Source of the DNA: Octopus sinensis
Lineage: Eukaryota
Assembly: GCF_006345805.1 (NCBI RefSeq)
Contig: NC_043000.1
Coordinates: 162,874,001-162,938,000, forward strand
DNA: 64,000 nt
Reading direction: 5' to 3'
Shown here: in pieces, positions 1 to 11,971 of the stretch
Position numbering within the stretch: the first letter of the stretch is position 1
How the letters are laid out: each line of letters starts with the position of its first letter
The notes under the pieces: model-generated
What the model saw: only the letters and a program-made list of their open reading frames with translations
Database searches by the model: none
What the model was told of the DNA's origin: nothing
Made by a program: the position numbers and the translations under genes

Positions 1-30
1 TAAAGAGTAATATATATATATATATATATA

Positions 31-418
31 GGCGCAGGAGTGGCTGTGTGGTAAGTAGCTTGTCTACCAACCACATGGTTTCGGGTTCAGTCCCACTTGG
101 GCAAGTGTCTTCTACTATAGCCTCGGGCCGACCAAAGCCTTGTGATTGGATTTGGTAGACGGAAACTGAAAAGAAGCCCGTCGTATATATGTGTATATAT
201 ATATATGCGTGTGTGTGTTTGTGTGTCTGTGTTTGTCCCCTAGCATTGCTTGACAACCGATGCTGATGTGTTTATGTTTCCGTTACTTAGCGGTTCGGCA
301 AAAGAGACCGATAGAATAAGTACTGGGCTTACAAAAGAATAAGTCCCGGGGTCGAGTTGCTCGACTAAAGGCGGTGGTCCAGCATGGCCGCAGTCAAATG
401 ATTGAAACAAGTAAAGAG

Positions 419-420
<2 letters not shown>
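31..420 (+). mobile_element. SINE family A (Octopus-type tRNA-derived SINE), full bipartite copy with internal (TA)n/(TG)n tract
   Basis: Head ggcgcaggagtggctgtgtggtaag...gggttcagtccc and core gggcaagtgtcttctactatagcc. After the microsatellite comes a 3' module acaaccgatgctg...ggccgcagtcaaatg...gaaacaagtaaagagta. The same sequence recurs more than 10 times in the window. Confidence 0.85.
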
Positions 421-470
<50 letters not shown>

Positions 471-480
471 GGAGAGACAT

Positions 481-690
481 CGCTATCCACTAGCCATGAT
501 AGATCGCTAGCCACTACACATTCTTTATTTTCTCTCCCTGTTTATTTCTATGTTCCTCTCTGTCGAAGAGCGTAGGCTCGAAACGTTAAAGACTTTATCA
601 CTTCCCGAGCGTTATACTAATACTAATACATCTGTTTGTTGTCTACACCACCTGTCTTCGTCTTTTGTTTCTTTGTGAAATCTCCTTGTA
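481..690 (+). repeat. Dispersed repeat, probable Penelope-like terminal segment
   Basis: gaagagcgtaggctcgaaacg...cttcccgagcgtta...taatac recurs reverse-complemented at about 44940-45045 inside another Penelope-like end. Confidence 0.5.
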
Positions 691-789
691 TATATATAAA
701 ATTATATGGGTGGGTGTGTATGCATATATGTATATATGCTTGTATGCATGTACGTATATGTGTGTATGTATTTGTATTTGTCACTCCCA

Positions 790-972
790 CACCGCAGGAA
801 ACAACCTGTGTTAGATTGTTTACATCCTCGTAACGTAGTGGGCCGGCAAAAGAGACATATGAAATAAGTAGCAGATTTTAAAACAGACACGTGTTGAGTT
901 AGTTCTGTTCGAATCAATCTGTCAATGCGGTGCCCCAGAATGGCCGCAGACCGATACTTGAAACGAGTAAAA
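790..972 (+). mobile_element. Degenerate SINE family A 3' module
   Basis: ggcaaaagagac...aataagta...ccagaatggccgcag...gaaacgagtaaaa resembles the family A tail. Confidence 0.5.
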
Positions 973-1029
973 AATTAGATGAAAGATACACCACAGCATA
1001 AGTTTTTTTCTTTCGCTATTTACCTCAGT

Positions 1030-1330
1030 GCGATTTTTCCTTTACTGTTTTAGTAACAACGTATCATAACGTCCGTATTCCGGATGGTATTTTGAAGCAG
1101 CTTGAGTCACTATAAACATCTTACTGTCATTTGTGGCATAACCGACATTTTTGGTTGTCTCTCGGTGATTTTATGAATTTTCTAAGCATTCGTTTATTTT
1201 TTAACAAGCAATTCTGTCATGATGTTGGATTGGTTGGTAAATCAAAATATGAAAGTGGTTTACGGTCAGAGATATTACACTTCCTCTCAACGTTGCTACC
1301 ATTCTCACTCTCAAATAAACATAGTCATGC
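1030..1330 (-). pseudogene. Highly degraded Dong/R4-type LINE remnant
   Basis: Minus-strand fragments DNQKCRLCHK and EYGRYDTL resemble the DPKCRFC and EYKLRHD motifs of the element at 57-61 kb. Many stops. Confidence 0.3.
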
Positions 1331-2128
1331 ATAACCTTTCGTTGGTATGCAAAACATTTCGCGCTGTATGTGTATTCTTGAGGGTCAGGGCAGTTCCAGG
1401 CATTTGTAAATATAGCAGGGAATTTGAATGTGTGTGTCAGTATATATCCATATGTACGTGAGTGTGTGTGTGTGTGTGTGTGCCGCGCATGTGTATGTAC
1501 TTGCAATCAGAAATTGCTGTTACATATCTCTTTTAGCACAAGAGATTTTGTGATTTCTTTATTTCTTATAAGCCTTTATGAATGTATGCTTGTATTCGCC
1601 AATGCATGCGTAAATTTCTGTGCGTGCCAGATAAACTTATATTAATGATGGTATATGCTAATTTTATGCACTTTAAAATGAGACTTTTTAAAACGTTTTA
1701 CACATATTAGTTGGTTTGTTTTTTTCTTTCGAAAACATGGATATTTTATTTAGTTTTTAATTATCTGACTTATTCCTTTAAGAAAGAAGCTAGATGCCAA
1801 CAAAGAAGCAAAACTCTTTCGATAGAATTCCAATAACAACCATGATAAGAGTCGCATGTAACATGTAAGCCTTATCGCCCAAGAACTCCTACATCATTTA
1901 TACCATTCTGTTTACAGCTTGTATTTGTAGACTGCGTGATAGAATATCCTTTGCTTTTCTAAAATGCCAAAGTTTTCGTGATTGCCAGTTAATCATTTAG
2001 TTAATCAGTTAGAACCAAGTGCATCACTAAGCACAGGAATAAACGTGAAGGCACAATCTGAGTGCAGAAGCTGTACGTTTTGAAGCGGTTTTCCATAGGT
2101 ATTCTCTTTTTCGCAGATTTTAAGTGCT

Positions 2129-2130
<2 letters not shown>

Positions 2131-2160
<30 letters not shown>

Positions 2161-2210
2161 TGTATGTATGTATGTATGTATGTATGTATGTATGTATGTA
2201 TGTATGTATG
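2131..2210. repeat. (TATG)n microsatellite
   Basis: Direct reading. Confidence 0.95.
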
Positions 2211-2339
2211 GATATATAAACATTTAATGCATCGCTACGCGCGTTTCCACAAATCACGTGTCTCTTAAGATCACAGTCATATTCCCGGAATGATTACAGT
2301 GTAGTCCGCAGTATCCATGGGCATTGGGTTGATCATCTT

Positions 2340-2720
2340 CATGGATTCATTTCTTCAGGTAATAAAGCATTAATGGATGTTCAGCGGAGGGACGCTTATC
2401 CCTTTTGACCACTATGAAGGTGAGCTTTGTGGGTATTTCTGTGAGTATTTGGTGGAGAAGAGGGTGAGTAATGGAAAGTATGGTAATTATATGGGAATGT
2501 GGTAGTGTTGGACTTATTTTGTTATTCATTCAGCAGATGTCATGGTTGGGTAGCACATTCTTTGGCTTGATCTCATTTAAGGCACGACTATCTTCAATAA
2601 ATTCTGAAGTTAACAGGTAATCCACTACTGCCATTATAGCCATCAACTCTTTGGGTTTATTGACTGAATGATACTTTCTTAGGGTGACCTTTTCATTGTT
2701 TCTGGTGGTATAACATCCTG
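2340..2720 (-). pseudogene. Possible degraded Penelope-like RT thumb/linker remnant
   Basis: Minus-strand HPKKVSFSQ and NKISPTLPHSHI...LHQIL loosely match the Penelope HP..SIPYSQ and linker motifs. Weak. Confidence 0.25.
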
Positions 2721-2918
2721 AATATTGGTTGGTATACCAAGTTATTTTTTTTAAATTTCAATTTAAACTGAAGGAGTACTCATTAACTTTTAGTAAAGTA
2801 CATGTTTATAAAGCATGTACTTTACGAAGTCTGCACATTTATCTGTGTATACAGAAAAAATTGATACAAGCCTCCCTCTTAGCACATAACTCCGAATATA
2901 GTCAATGAATATAATGTA

Positions 2919-3147
2919 TACTCTTTACTCTTTTACTCTTTTACTTGTTTCAGTCATTTGACTGCGGCCATGCTGGAGCACCGCCTTTAGTCGATCAACT
3001 CGACCCCGGGACTTATTCTTTGTAAGCCCAGTACTTATTCTATCGGTCTCTTTTGCCGAACCGCCAAGTGACGGGGACGTAAACACACCAGCATCGGTTG
3101 TCAAGCAATGCTATGGGGACAAACAGAGACACACAAACCCCCCCACC

Positions 3148-3208
<61 letters not shown>

Positions 3209-3368
3209 GACAGGCTTCTTTCAGTTTCCGTCTACCAAATCCACTCACAAGGCATTGGTCGGCCCGGGGCTATAGCAGAAGACACTTGCCCAAGATGCCA
3301 CGCAGTGGGACTGAACCCAGAACCATGTGGTTGGTTAGCAAGCTACTTACCACACAGCCATTCCTGCG
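2919..3368 (-). mobile_element. SINE family A, full copy
   Basis: Reverse complement of 31-420, with a tandem (AGAGTAAA)-like tail and an internal (CA)/(TA) tract. Confidence 0.85.
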
Positions 3369-4164
3369 TGTATGTGTTCGATATGTTCTGTATTCGTAGC
3401 TAAGATTTGAACCTATGTACTACATAAGTATTCCACCGAGTACAGTTGCTTGTTTTTGTTCCTACTTCATTTCTATTACTTTTGTAAAAGCTCATAAACT
3501 CCATATAACATCATCCACTCTCCTGCAATAAAACATTCTTTAATCATTTCTCGATCTTAAAAAACATTGAATTTTTTAAAAAGAATTTCTCATACAACGC
3601 GAGTATAGATTAGTGGCTAAATATCTATTCGTATGCGACTTTATGTTAGTGTCTGTGTATGCATCTTTGCGCGTCAGACACATGAAATATTATTTAATAG
3701 GTCATGCACGCCGTTGTTCTGCAAGGTATGGATAAAAATTTGGGGCATGAGTTTCGCGTGAAGGTACCACGTAGGATGGAAGAAGCTTATATAAGTATAT
3801 TTGGTAGGATTTGAATTGAGATGGCGCAGTGAAAACGAGAGTTACTGTAGATAGAAGCGATTGTTTTTGTTTAGACGAAGTTCATCTGTATTTGATCAAA
3901 ATTATCATGAAGGGTTTTCACACATGACCATAGGAATATATAGGTCTATATTGTCTAATATATCCTTCATTTATTTCAGTAAGAGGGTTTGATACGCTTT
4001 GTGAGTGAATTGGCTGGTATTTGTAGCAGATTGAACGACTTCGCAGCGTACAGCTGGTGAAGAACATTGTTGCTGTAGTTTATTGACGAAACGAAGTTTG
4101 TCAGCCACTCAAATGGCTGAATGTTTTGGCTGATAAGACATAAATATATTATATTATATATACT

Positions 4165-4375
4165 GCGGCGAGTTGGCAGAATGGTTAGCACTCGGGACAA
4201 AATGGTTGGCGGCATTTCGTCAGTCTTCACATTCCATTCTGAATTCAAATTCAGGCGTGGTCAGACGTGATCCCTTTCGGGGAACGATAAGAAACATACT
4301 AGTTGAGGACAGGGTTGGTGTAATCGACTTCCCCCCTTTCCCGAACTTGCTGGTCTTGTGACAAAATTTGAAACC
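4165..4375 (+). mobile_element. SINE family C (tRNA-derived head), diverged
   Basis: ggcgagttggcagaatggttagca (A-box-like) and gaattcaaattc (B-box-like). A related head lies near 29455. Confidence 0.55.
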
Positions 4376-4448
<73 letters not shown>

Positions 4449-4464
4449 CATACATACATACACA

Positions 4465-4499
<35 letters not shown>

Positions 4500-4998
4500 G
4501 CACGCACATTTACACACGTACACGCTCATACAGAAATGTAGTATTTAGCCAGTATGTTTTGCTACAACATAGTTTCGCATGACCATATATCTGTACCTGA
4601 AAATGGTTCTGTTTTTGTTTCTGTATTGATGAAAAGCAAAGGAAACTGCGATGTAGCTAAGACCTAACTGAAAATTTAATGTTGTTGATTGACGTTGAAA
4701 TAAACGTCTCCCTCTCCAGATTGTTCATCAAGCAGGTAATGGTTTATATACCTGTATTTCTGGAAATTCGTACAAAGATGGTTGATGTTATTATACTTCC
4801 CGTTAACCGGACTCAATTCTCATACCACAATTTGCATAAATGTATTTATGTGCTGCCTGCTTCTGAAAGTTAGGCATGTGGCTGCAGCATCAATTGTTCT
4901 GTATTTTGTAAATTACATTCAGTGATATTTGGATCGAGATATTTTGATTTTTACTTGATTGCATCCATTATTGTTTGTATATACATACATACAAACAT

Positions 4999-5055
<57 letters not shown>

Positions 5056-5146
5056 TGTATGTATGTATACATTTGAAGGAATGTATGCATACACATATAT
5101 ATCTATGAATATGTGTGTATCTATGTATATGTGTGTGTCTGTATAT

Positions 5147-5226
<80 letters not shown>

Positions 5227-5728
5227 GTATATATATATGCACGTATATAGATTGCATAATCATATATATATTAAATATACATATATATTTAATATACGTA
5301 CATACATATATACATGCACACTTGCATGTATATATATGTACATACATTATATATTGTATTATATTACACGCACACACGCAGATTAAATAAGATATCGACG
5401 TTACCCATGCTGCTATCACCAAACATCATTAACGTTGATCGCATATCCTCCCCGTCATCATCATCATCATCAGCAGCAGCAGCAACAGCAGCAGCGACAA
5501 CCACTTCGAGTCTGCATTTATCCTAATAAACTTGCTCGCGCTAAGGAAAATGTAAACCGAATTATTTGATGTAATTTTCAAAGAGATATCTACCCGGAAG
5601 TCAACTTCTTTTGTAACGACTGCCAAAATACTAATAATGAAGTATTCGCTTCCAGAATGAGAGAAAACAGTTCTGTTTCCTGTTTTTCAACAGCAATGAT
5701 ATTATTGCTTCATTAATGGGTTAGATGA

Positions 5729-6354
5729 ATTAAATGGACGAGGTGAGTGACTTTTAGAGAGTGGAATATTTGATGTTGCTCTGATTCTATGGTTTTTATT
5801 TATATGCATTTAACGCATACGCTCGTGACAATAGCATACACACACACACAAACACGGACAGGCACACAGACACGCACACAGACACGCACACATACATACA
5901 TACATACACACATACACACATATATACATACATACATACACATACATACATACATACACACATACACACATACATACATACACACATACACACATATATA
6001 CATACATACATACATACATACATACATACATACATACATACACACATACACTCATACACACATACATACATACATACATACATACATACATACATACATA
6101 CATACATACGTACGTACGGACGTACATATATATGTACATAAATCTATACATAAACATATATACATATATAAATACATATATATATGTGTGTGTGGTGTGT
6201 GTGTGTGTGTGTGTGTCTGTGTGCGTGCCTGTGTGCGTGTGTGTGTATGCTATTGTCACGAGCGTATGCATTGGATGCATATAAATAAAAACAATAGAAT
6301 CAGTGCAACATCAAATATTCCAATCTCGAAAAGTCACTCACCTCGTCTATTTAA
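5729..6354. repeat. Foldback unit: ~150-bp inverted arms around a (CATA)n/(CA)n core
   Basis: attaaatggacgaggtgagtgactttt...catacgctcgtgacaatagcatacacac (5729-5885) is the reverse complement of gtgtgtatgctattgtcacgagcgtatg...aaaagtcactcacctcgtctatttaat (about 6215-6354). Confidence 0.85.
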
Positions 6355-6381
6355 TATATTTATATATATATATTAGGAGAA

Positions 6382-6729
6382 TTGTTCTCTGTGAACGAAA
6401 ATTTCAGTGTCCATAAGGTCGCTCGGCTAGGAAGATTCCAAGCGAACCCAACCTCAGATACTAGACCACGCCCAATAAGGGTAATCTTTTCTTCGGATCG
6501 GGAGGCTTCAGTCTTTCTAAACAGAGCTCAGACGCATGCCTGGGAGGACCCCAATATGGGTTTTCGCGAGGAATACTCACTAAGAGAGAGAATTCGCCGG
6601 AGAAACCTAATATCCGAACTAAAGATGAGGAAACAAATGGGAGAGAAGGGTTTACGAATCCAAGATGGACAGATAATCAAGTCCTACCTCTGGTACCATG
6701 CTGTAGTGCTGACAGGGAAAGTGATGTGA
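6382..6729 (+). pseudogene. LINE ORF1 C-terminal fragment
   Basis: RPRPIRVIF...FREEYSLRERIRRRNLISELKMRKQMGEKGLRIQDGQI is typical of CR1/L2-type ORF1 C-termini. No true N-terminus (track start is TTG). Confidence 0.7.
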
Positions 6730-9615
6730 GGGCAAATCGAAGTGAAGTTGATACCCGCGTCAACGATGCTATCTCTGATACCCCTTATTCTGCTTGTTCC
6801 CCAACTCCCGCCCCTCAGACTTCACAGCTCAGCATCGTCTACACCAACTCGTGCTCCTTATTCCCAAAGTTCAGTGAACTATTTACACTGGCCATACGTG
6901 ACTCCCCTGATGTGATAGCTATCACCGAGACTTGGCTGACTCCAGCAGTAAAGGACTCAGAAATCCACCTGCAGGGCTACGTCCTTTTCAGATGTGACAG
7001 AGGAAAAAGGCGAGGTGGAGGTGTTGCTGTGTATGTTAAGTCTGAGCACAAACCGTCCAGCGGTATTCTACCCACTAATGCTCAACCTACAACAAAATTC
7101 GATGCCGTCTATTGCAAGCTGAGCCTATCTGAGTTTTGCCTGCCCGTGTTGGCTGTCTACAGGCCGCCTCTTGCCGACCCCCAGGACGATGCTCATTTAC
7201 TCGAAGCGATAAGATTCGTTTCAGCTTCGCATGACTGTTTGGTACTAGGAGACTTCAACGCTCCCACGATCGATTGGCCCGCATCAATTTGTACAACATC
7301 TTCCCGGTTCGGCCAGGCCCTTCTTGACGTGGCGGAAGATTGTTTTCTATCGCAACATGTTGAATATCCGACAAGGCATCGGTCTGGGCAGCAGCCATCT
7401 ATGCTAGATCTGGTATTCTCCCGCTATCCAAGATCAGTGTCAGACGTATCTGTGTGCGCCCCTCTTGCCAAGAGTGATCATGCGGTCCTGAAGTTCGTCA
7501 TGCACACAACTTTTTCTACGCCCACGACTACGTCGCTGCCACGTAGAGTCTTCTCTGCAATTAATCTTGAAATTCTAACCGAGGCTTCCGCGCTTCTGGA
7601 CTGGCGATCCCTGATGACGTTGTCCTCAGTTGACGAACTATGGTCATCCTTCAAAGCATATGTAATCTGTTTGACTGACCAGGCAGTTCCCGTTGGGCTT
7701 CCCAAGAAGAAGAGACACAAGCCCTGGGTGACGAAGAAGGTTAAACGAGAACGTCGACTCAGAGATATTGCTTGGGCTGAATTCAAAAATCTGGATTCGA
7801 CTGCAGCTTTTGAGGTGTACAAAACTCAACGAGACCGAGCCGTGAAAATTGAAAAGAAAGAACGCTTCAGTTATGAATACAAAATCGCGGCAAATGCCAG
7901 TAGCAATCCAAAAACCTTCTTTGCCCATGTCCAGCGGAATTCCCGCTTGAACAACCAGATTGCAACGTTGGTAGACTCAACAGGCGTATCGATTGAGGAC
8001 CCTTATCAACAGAGTCAATTATTTGCCGAGGCTTTTTCAACTATTTTCAAACAAGATGATGGTCGTGAACCCCCTCCATTTGATAGATCGGTACCTCCAA
8101 TGCTTCGATTGGTCATCATGCGGGACGAAGTCAAACGTGTTATTCAAGGCCTCGATGTCAACAAGGGTCACGGCCCTGACGGCATACACCCACGGGTTAT
8201 CAAAGCGTTGGCTCCGGTCATCTGCGAGCCCTTAACACGACTATTCAATATGTCATTGGCGACGGGTGTTATACCTGCAGACTGGAAAACAGCGATAATC
8301 TGCCCAATTTTCAAGAAAGGGAGCCGCGAAGACCCGCTTAACTACCGACCGGTTTCCCTTACATCAATAATCAGCAAGATGTTCGAAACCATCCTTAAGA
8401 AAAGTATGATGCTCCACCTCCTAAACACAGCCTCTATCTCTGATTCCCAACACGGCTTCGTGCCGAAGAGATCATGCTTGACTAACTTACTAGTAATGGA
8501 AGAATTGGTGACGCGCATCCTCGATGATAGTGACGCTGTTGACATCGTTTTATTGGACTTTGCCAAAGCTTTTGACTCGGTAAACCACCGCCTATTACTT
8601 GTCAAGCTTCAAGCATATAGTTTCCATCCGGATATTATACGATGGGTTGGTGCTTTCCTCTCAGATCGCTCCTTCCAAGTCCAAGTTAATGGTTCGCGGT
8701 CCGACGTCTCCAGTGCGAGCAGTGGCGTGCCTCAAGGTTCAGTGCTTGGGCCCTTGTTGTTCTTAGTCTTCATAAATGACTTGCCCAACGACCTCACGCA
8801 ACACACCCTTCTATTTGCCGACGATATCAAACTGGTCGCTCCTCGCGGTAATATAGAGGATCTTCGCCGATGCCTCCACCAAATTTGGAAGTGGTCTAAC
8901 GATTGGGACCCTGTGTCTGAACGTGTCAAAGTGCTGTCATCTGCCTGTCGGCTCTACTCCTGCAACTCAACTTGATTTCGAGCCGGGTCGTCTGCTGCTG
9001 GAGAGGACCGATCAGGTAAAGGACCTGGGTATCTTGGTGGATTCCTCCTTTTCGCCTTCGGCCCAGTGCGTCCATGCTGCCAACAAAGCACGCGGAATTC
9101 TGTTCTTGATTCGACGGTCATTCGGAATGCTCACAGCAGCCATATTCCTACCACTCTATGTCACGCTGGTGAGACCCATATTGGAGTATGGGATTCAAGC
9201 CTCTTCTCCTTATCTCCTCAAAGACATACAGCATCTCGAAAGAGTCCAGAGGCTGGCTACCCTCATGGTTCATGGTCTCAAAAATTTGTCCTACGAAGAA
9301 AGGCTGAGGACGCTCGGCCTTTATTCTCTGGAAAAACGCCGCCGCCGTGGTGATCTCATTCTCGCCCACAACATCATAAGCGGAAAGTGTAACCTCTCGA
9401 AAGAGCTGTTCTTCACTCCTGCTCCGGAGCGTCGGCTGCGGGGTCATTCCGAAAAGCTCTACCTGCGACGATTTCATCTCAATCGAAGGAGAGGAGCTTT
9501 CTCCGTCCGGGTTGCGGATCCGTGGAACAAGCTGCCAGACGAGATGGTGAAGATGCCGACGACCGCTTTGTTCAAAGCCTCCCTGGACCTCAAGTGGCCT
9601 GAACTCTTTACATGA
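6726..9615 (+). pseudogene. LINE ORF2 (AP endonuclease plus reverse transcriptase), split by one extra C at 8909-8911
   Basis: APE motifs YTN, ITETW, GGGVAVYVK, LGDFN, LDL, SDH. RT motifs NYRPVSLTS, LDFAKAFDSV, GVPQGSVLGPLLF, FADD. Removing one C from gaccctg joins 6726..8975 to 8923..9615 as DWDLCLNVSKC. Confidence 0.92.
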
Positions 9616-9744
9616 ACACCACCCTGTACTTAACTCCATGTCCCCCTACATGGCCATGCTATTTGCTTTTGAGCCAAATTAACTAACTAACTAACATATA
9701 TACACACACATATAATCTGTGTGTGTATTTGTGTATTTGTGCGT

Positions 9745-9890
9745 CTGTTTTTACCCCCACCATAACAGCCGCCACAAACGCATAACAACCGATGCTGGTG
9801 TGTTTACGTCCCCCGTAACTTAGCGGTTCGGCAAAGCAGACAGGAACTCCACCATGGCCGCAGTCAAATGACTGAAACAAATATAAGAAT
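9745..9890 (+). mobile_element. SINE family A 3' module, internally deleted
   Basis: acaaccgatgctggtgtgtttacgtccccg...catggccgcagtcaaatgactgaaacaa. Confidence 0.75.
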
Positions 9891-10432
9891 GAAAGAATAT
9901 AAATATAAATAAATTAGTTTAGATACGGATATATATTAAACGTATCTATGTGTGCTTTTTTATATATAAAGAAGTGTGTGTTTGTGTAAGAGAGTGTGTG
10001 TGTGTATGTTTGAATGTACGTGTATGTGTGTTTGTATGTGTGTGTGTGTGTGTGTGTGTGTTTGTGCGTCTGTGTGTGAGTGCATGAGAACGTAAGCATT
10101 TTGCTAATGATGTCAAATGTGGTACACATAATACTTCTCATTGGTTTGATGTTTGTCATTTGGAGAGTGAAACAAAAAAATTAGACAAATGAATAAGTAA
10201 AAAAAGCCAGAAGCAAGCATCGTGCGAAGAGTCAATGACACTCAAAGAAAAGAAAACATCATTCAGGCAATTACGACTGAATTTTTCGGAAAGTTTGTTT
10301 TCATACTTACGAAATATCTTTGTTGGTAGGCGCTGTGACAACTACGGGCAGACTTGGTTTTTATTCTGCTCAGCCCATATTTAGCTTCTTTCATCTTCCA
10401 CTCGTGTACCGCTTCTAATTTACTTCATGTAC

Positions 10433-10480
<48 letters not shown>

Positions 10481-10494
10481 ATATTTATAGCTTT

Positions 10495-10651
10495 AGTGGC
10501 TGTGTGGTAAGTAGCTTCCTTACGAACCACATGGTTCCAGGTTCTGTCCCACTGCGTGGCACCTTCGACAAGTGTCTTCTATTATAGCCTCGGGCCGACC
10601 AAAGCGTTGTGAGTGGATTTGGTAGGCGGAAACTGAAAGAATCCCGTCGTA
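10495..10651 (+). mobile_element. SINE family A 5' module
   Basis: agtggctgtgtggtaagtagc...gaaactgaaagaatcccgtcgtat. Confidence 0.8.
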
Positions 10652-10858
10652 TGTGTGTGTGTGTGTCTGTGTGTGTGTATACATAAATATGTGTTTGATA
10701 AGTTGTAGATAATTACAGGAATAAAATTAGAATACCTGAGAGTACTTACTACGTTTATTAGTAATACACAGTTGACAAAACGTTTCATACTTCTATAAAA
10801 TGCAATCATCAGACAAGCAAGTTTCTAAAATATGTGCGTGTGCGCGCGCACGTGTGTG

Positions 10859-10900
<42 letters not shown>

Positions 10901-10929
10901 TATATGAGTACACACACACACACAAACAC

Positions 10930-10962
<33 letters not shown>

Positions 10963-10987
10963 CATACATACATGCATATATATATAT

Positions 10988-11072
10988 ATCACGGTGATCA
11001 CCGTGACAGACCAGGCTATCAGATGTTGCTACACATCGCTGGTCACAATGCGCTTCGCATTGTTTTAGCCTT
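10988..11072 (-). mobile_element. SINE family B 3' tail fragment
   Basis: Reverse complement of 15570-15654. Confidence 0.75.
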
Positions 11073-11324
11073 CAAACAGTACTTATACTGTTATCGTATA
11101 GAATGGAAGCCCCATAAGAAGTTTTGAACTCATCATCTTGTTGGTAGAAATCAATTACCTTAAACTTGAACCCAATAAGTCTTTAAACATTACTTTACTG
11201 GGTTTAGTCTTACGACTGTCGCCATCATGGGGTATCACCTTCATAAATTTAATTGATCTTACGGACATCAATACGTATTTCAATCTGGCATTTATTTTAT
11301 AGATCTCTGCTTGATGAACTGCTA

Positions 11325-11677
11325 ACTTTTGAGACATGGTGGAACACAATATTCTATTTAACAACAAATGTAAACACACGCGTGCGCGCATTTGGTGCAA
11401 CAATAACTCTGTGGTTGAGACTTTTGCTTCCCAACCACATGGTTACAGGTTCAGTCCCTCTGCAAGTGTTTTCCACTATAACCCTAGATTTGTGACTGAA
11501 TTAGGTAGAAGGAAACTAAAGCGTTGTTCATCAAAAAATGACCGAAAAAATGTATATAAAGAAGAGGTGTTTACTTCACGTTCCTCGTGTGCTGATTCTG
11601 CTCATCAGAAAGGAACAAATAATACAATGTGTTGCAGGTCATAATATCTAGGCAACGTCGAAATGTATTGCTAGTAC

Positions 11678-11710
<33 letters not shown>

Positions 11711-11726
11711 TGTATATATGAATGTA

Positions 11727-11770
<44 letters not shown>

Positions 11771-11903
11771 ATATATTGTTATATTTCAGAATGGTCATAT
11801 TGCCAGTTTAGCTAAACTGGCAATATGACCATTCCGAAATATAACAATATCTGTTTCAACACACGACTTCACATAAAAAATCTTGCACAACAAATATTTA
11901 AAC

Positions 11904-11971
<68 letters not shown>

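Larger units (their letters stand above)
6375..9695 (+). mobile_element. CR1-group non-LTR retrotransposon, 5'-truncated within ORF1, (AACT)n tail
   Basis: ORF1 C-terminal part, then APE endonuclease and RT, then 3' UTR ending gagccaaatt(aact)n. Confidence 0.9.

Noticed and set aside
1-30. taaagagtaa plus (TA)n repeated at 412-421, a possible TSD
   Set aside because: It is the SINE A tail sequence itself, so more likely the end of a neighbouring copy cut by the window edge.
4919-6376. Overlapping 80-195 aa ORFs rich in YI, HT, MYVC (also 35900-36950, 37850-39670, 42660-44550)
   Set aside because: Translations of stop-free (TA)n, (CA)n and (CATA)n tracts, with no coding signature.
9066-9639. 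Alternative-frame and antisense ORFs over the CR1 (also 7478-8929, 53823-54452, 58110-60655)
   Set aside because: Shadow ORFs of GC-richer retrotransposon coding sequence.
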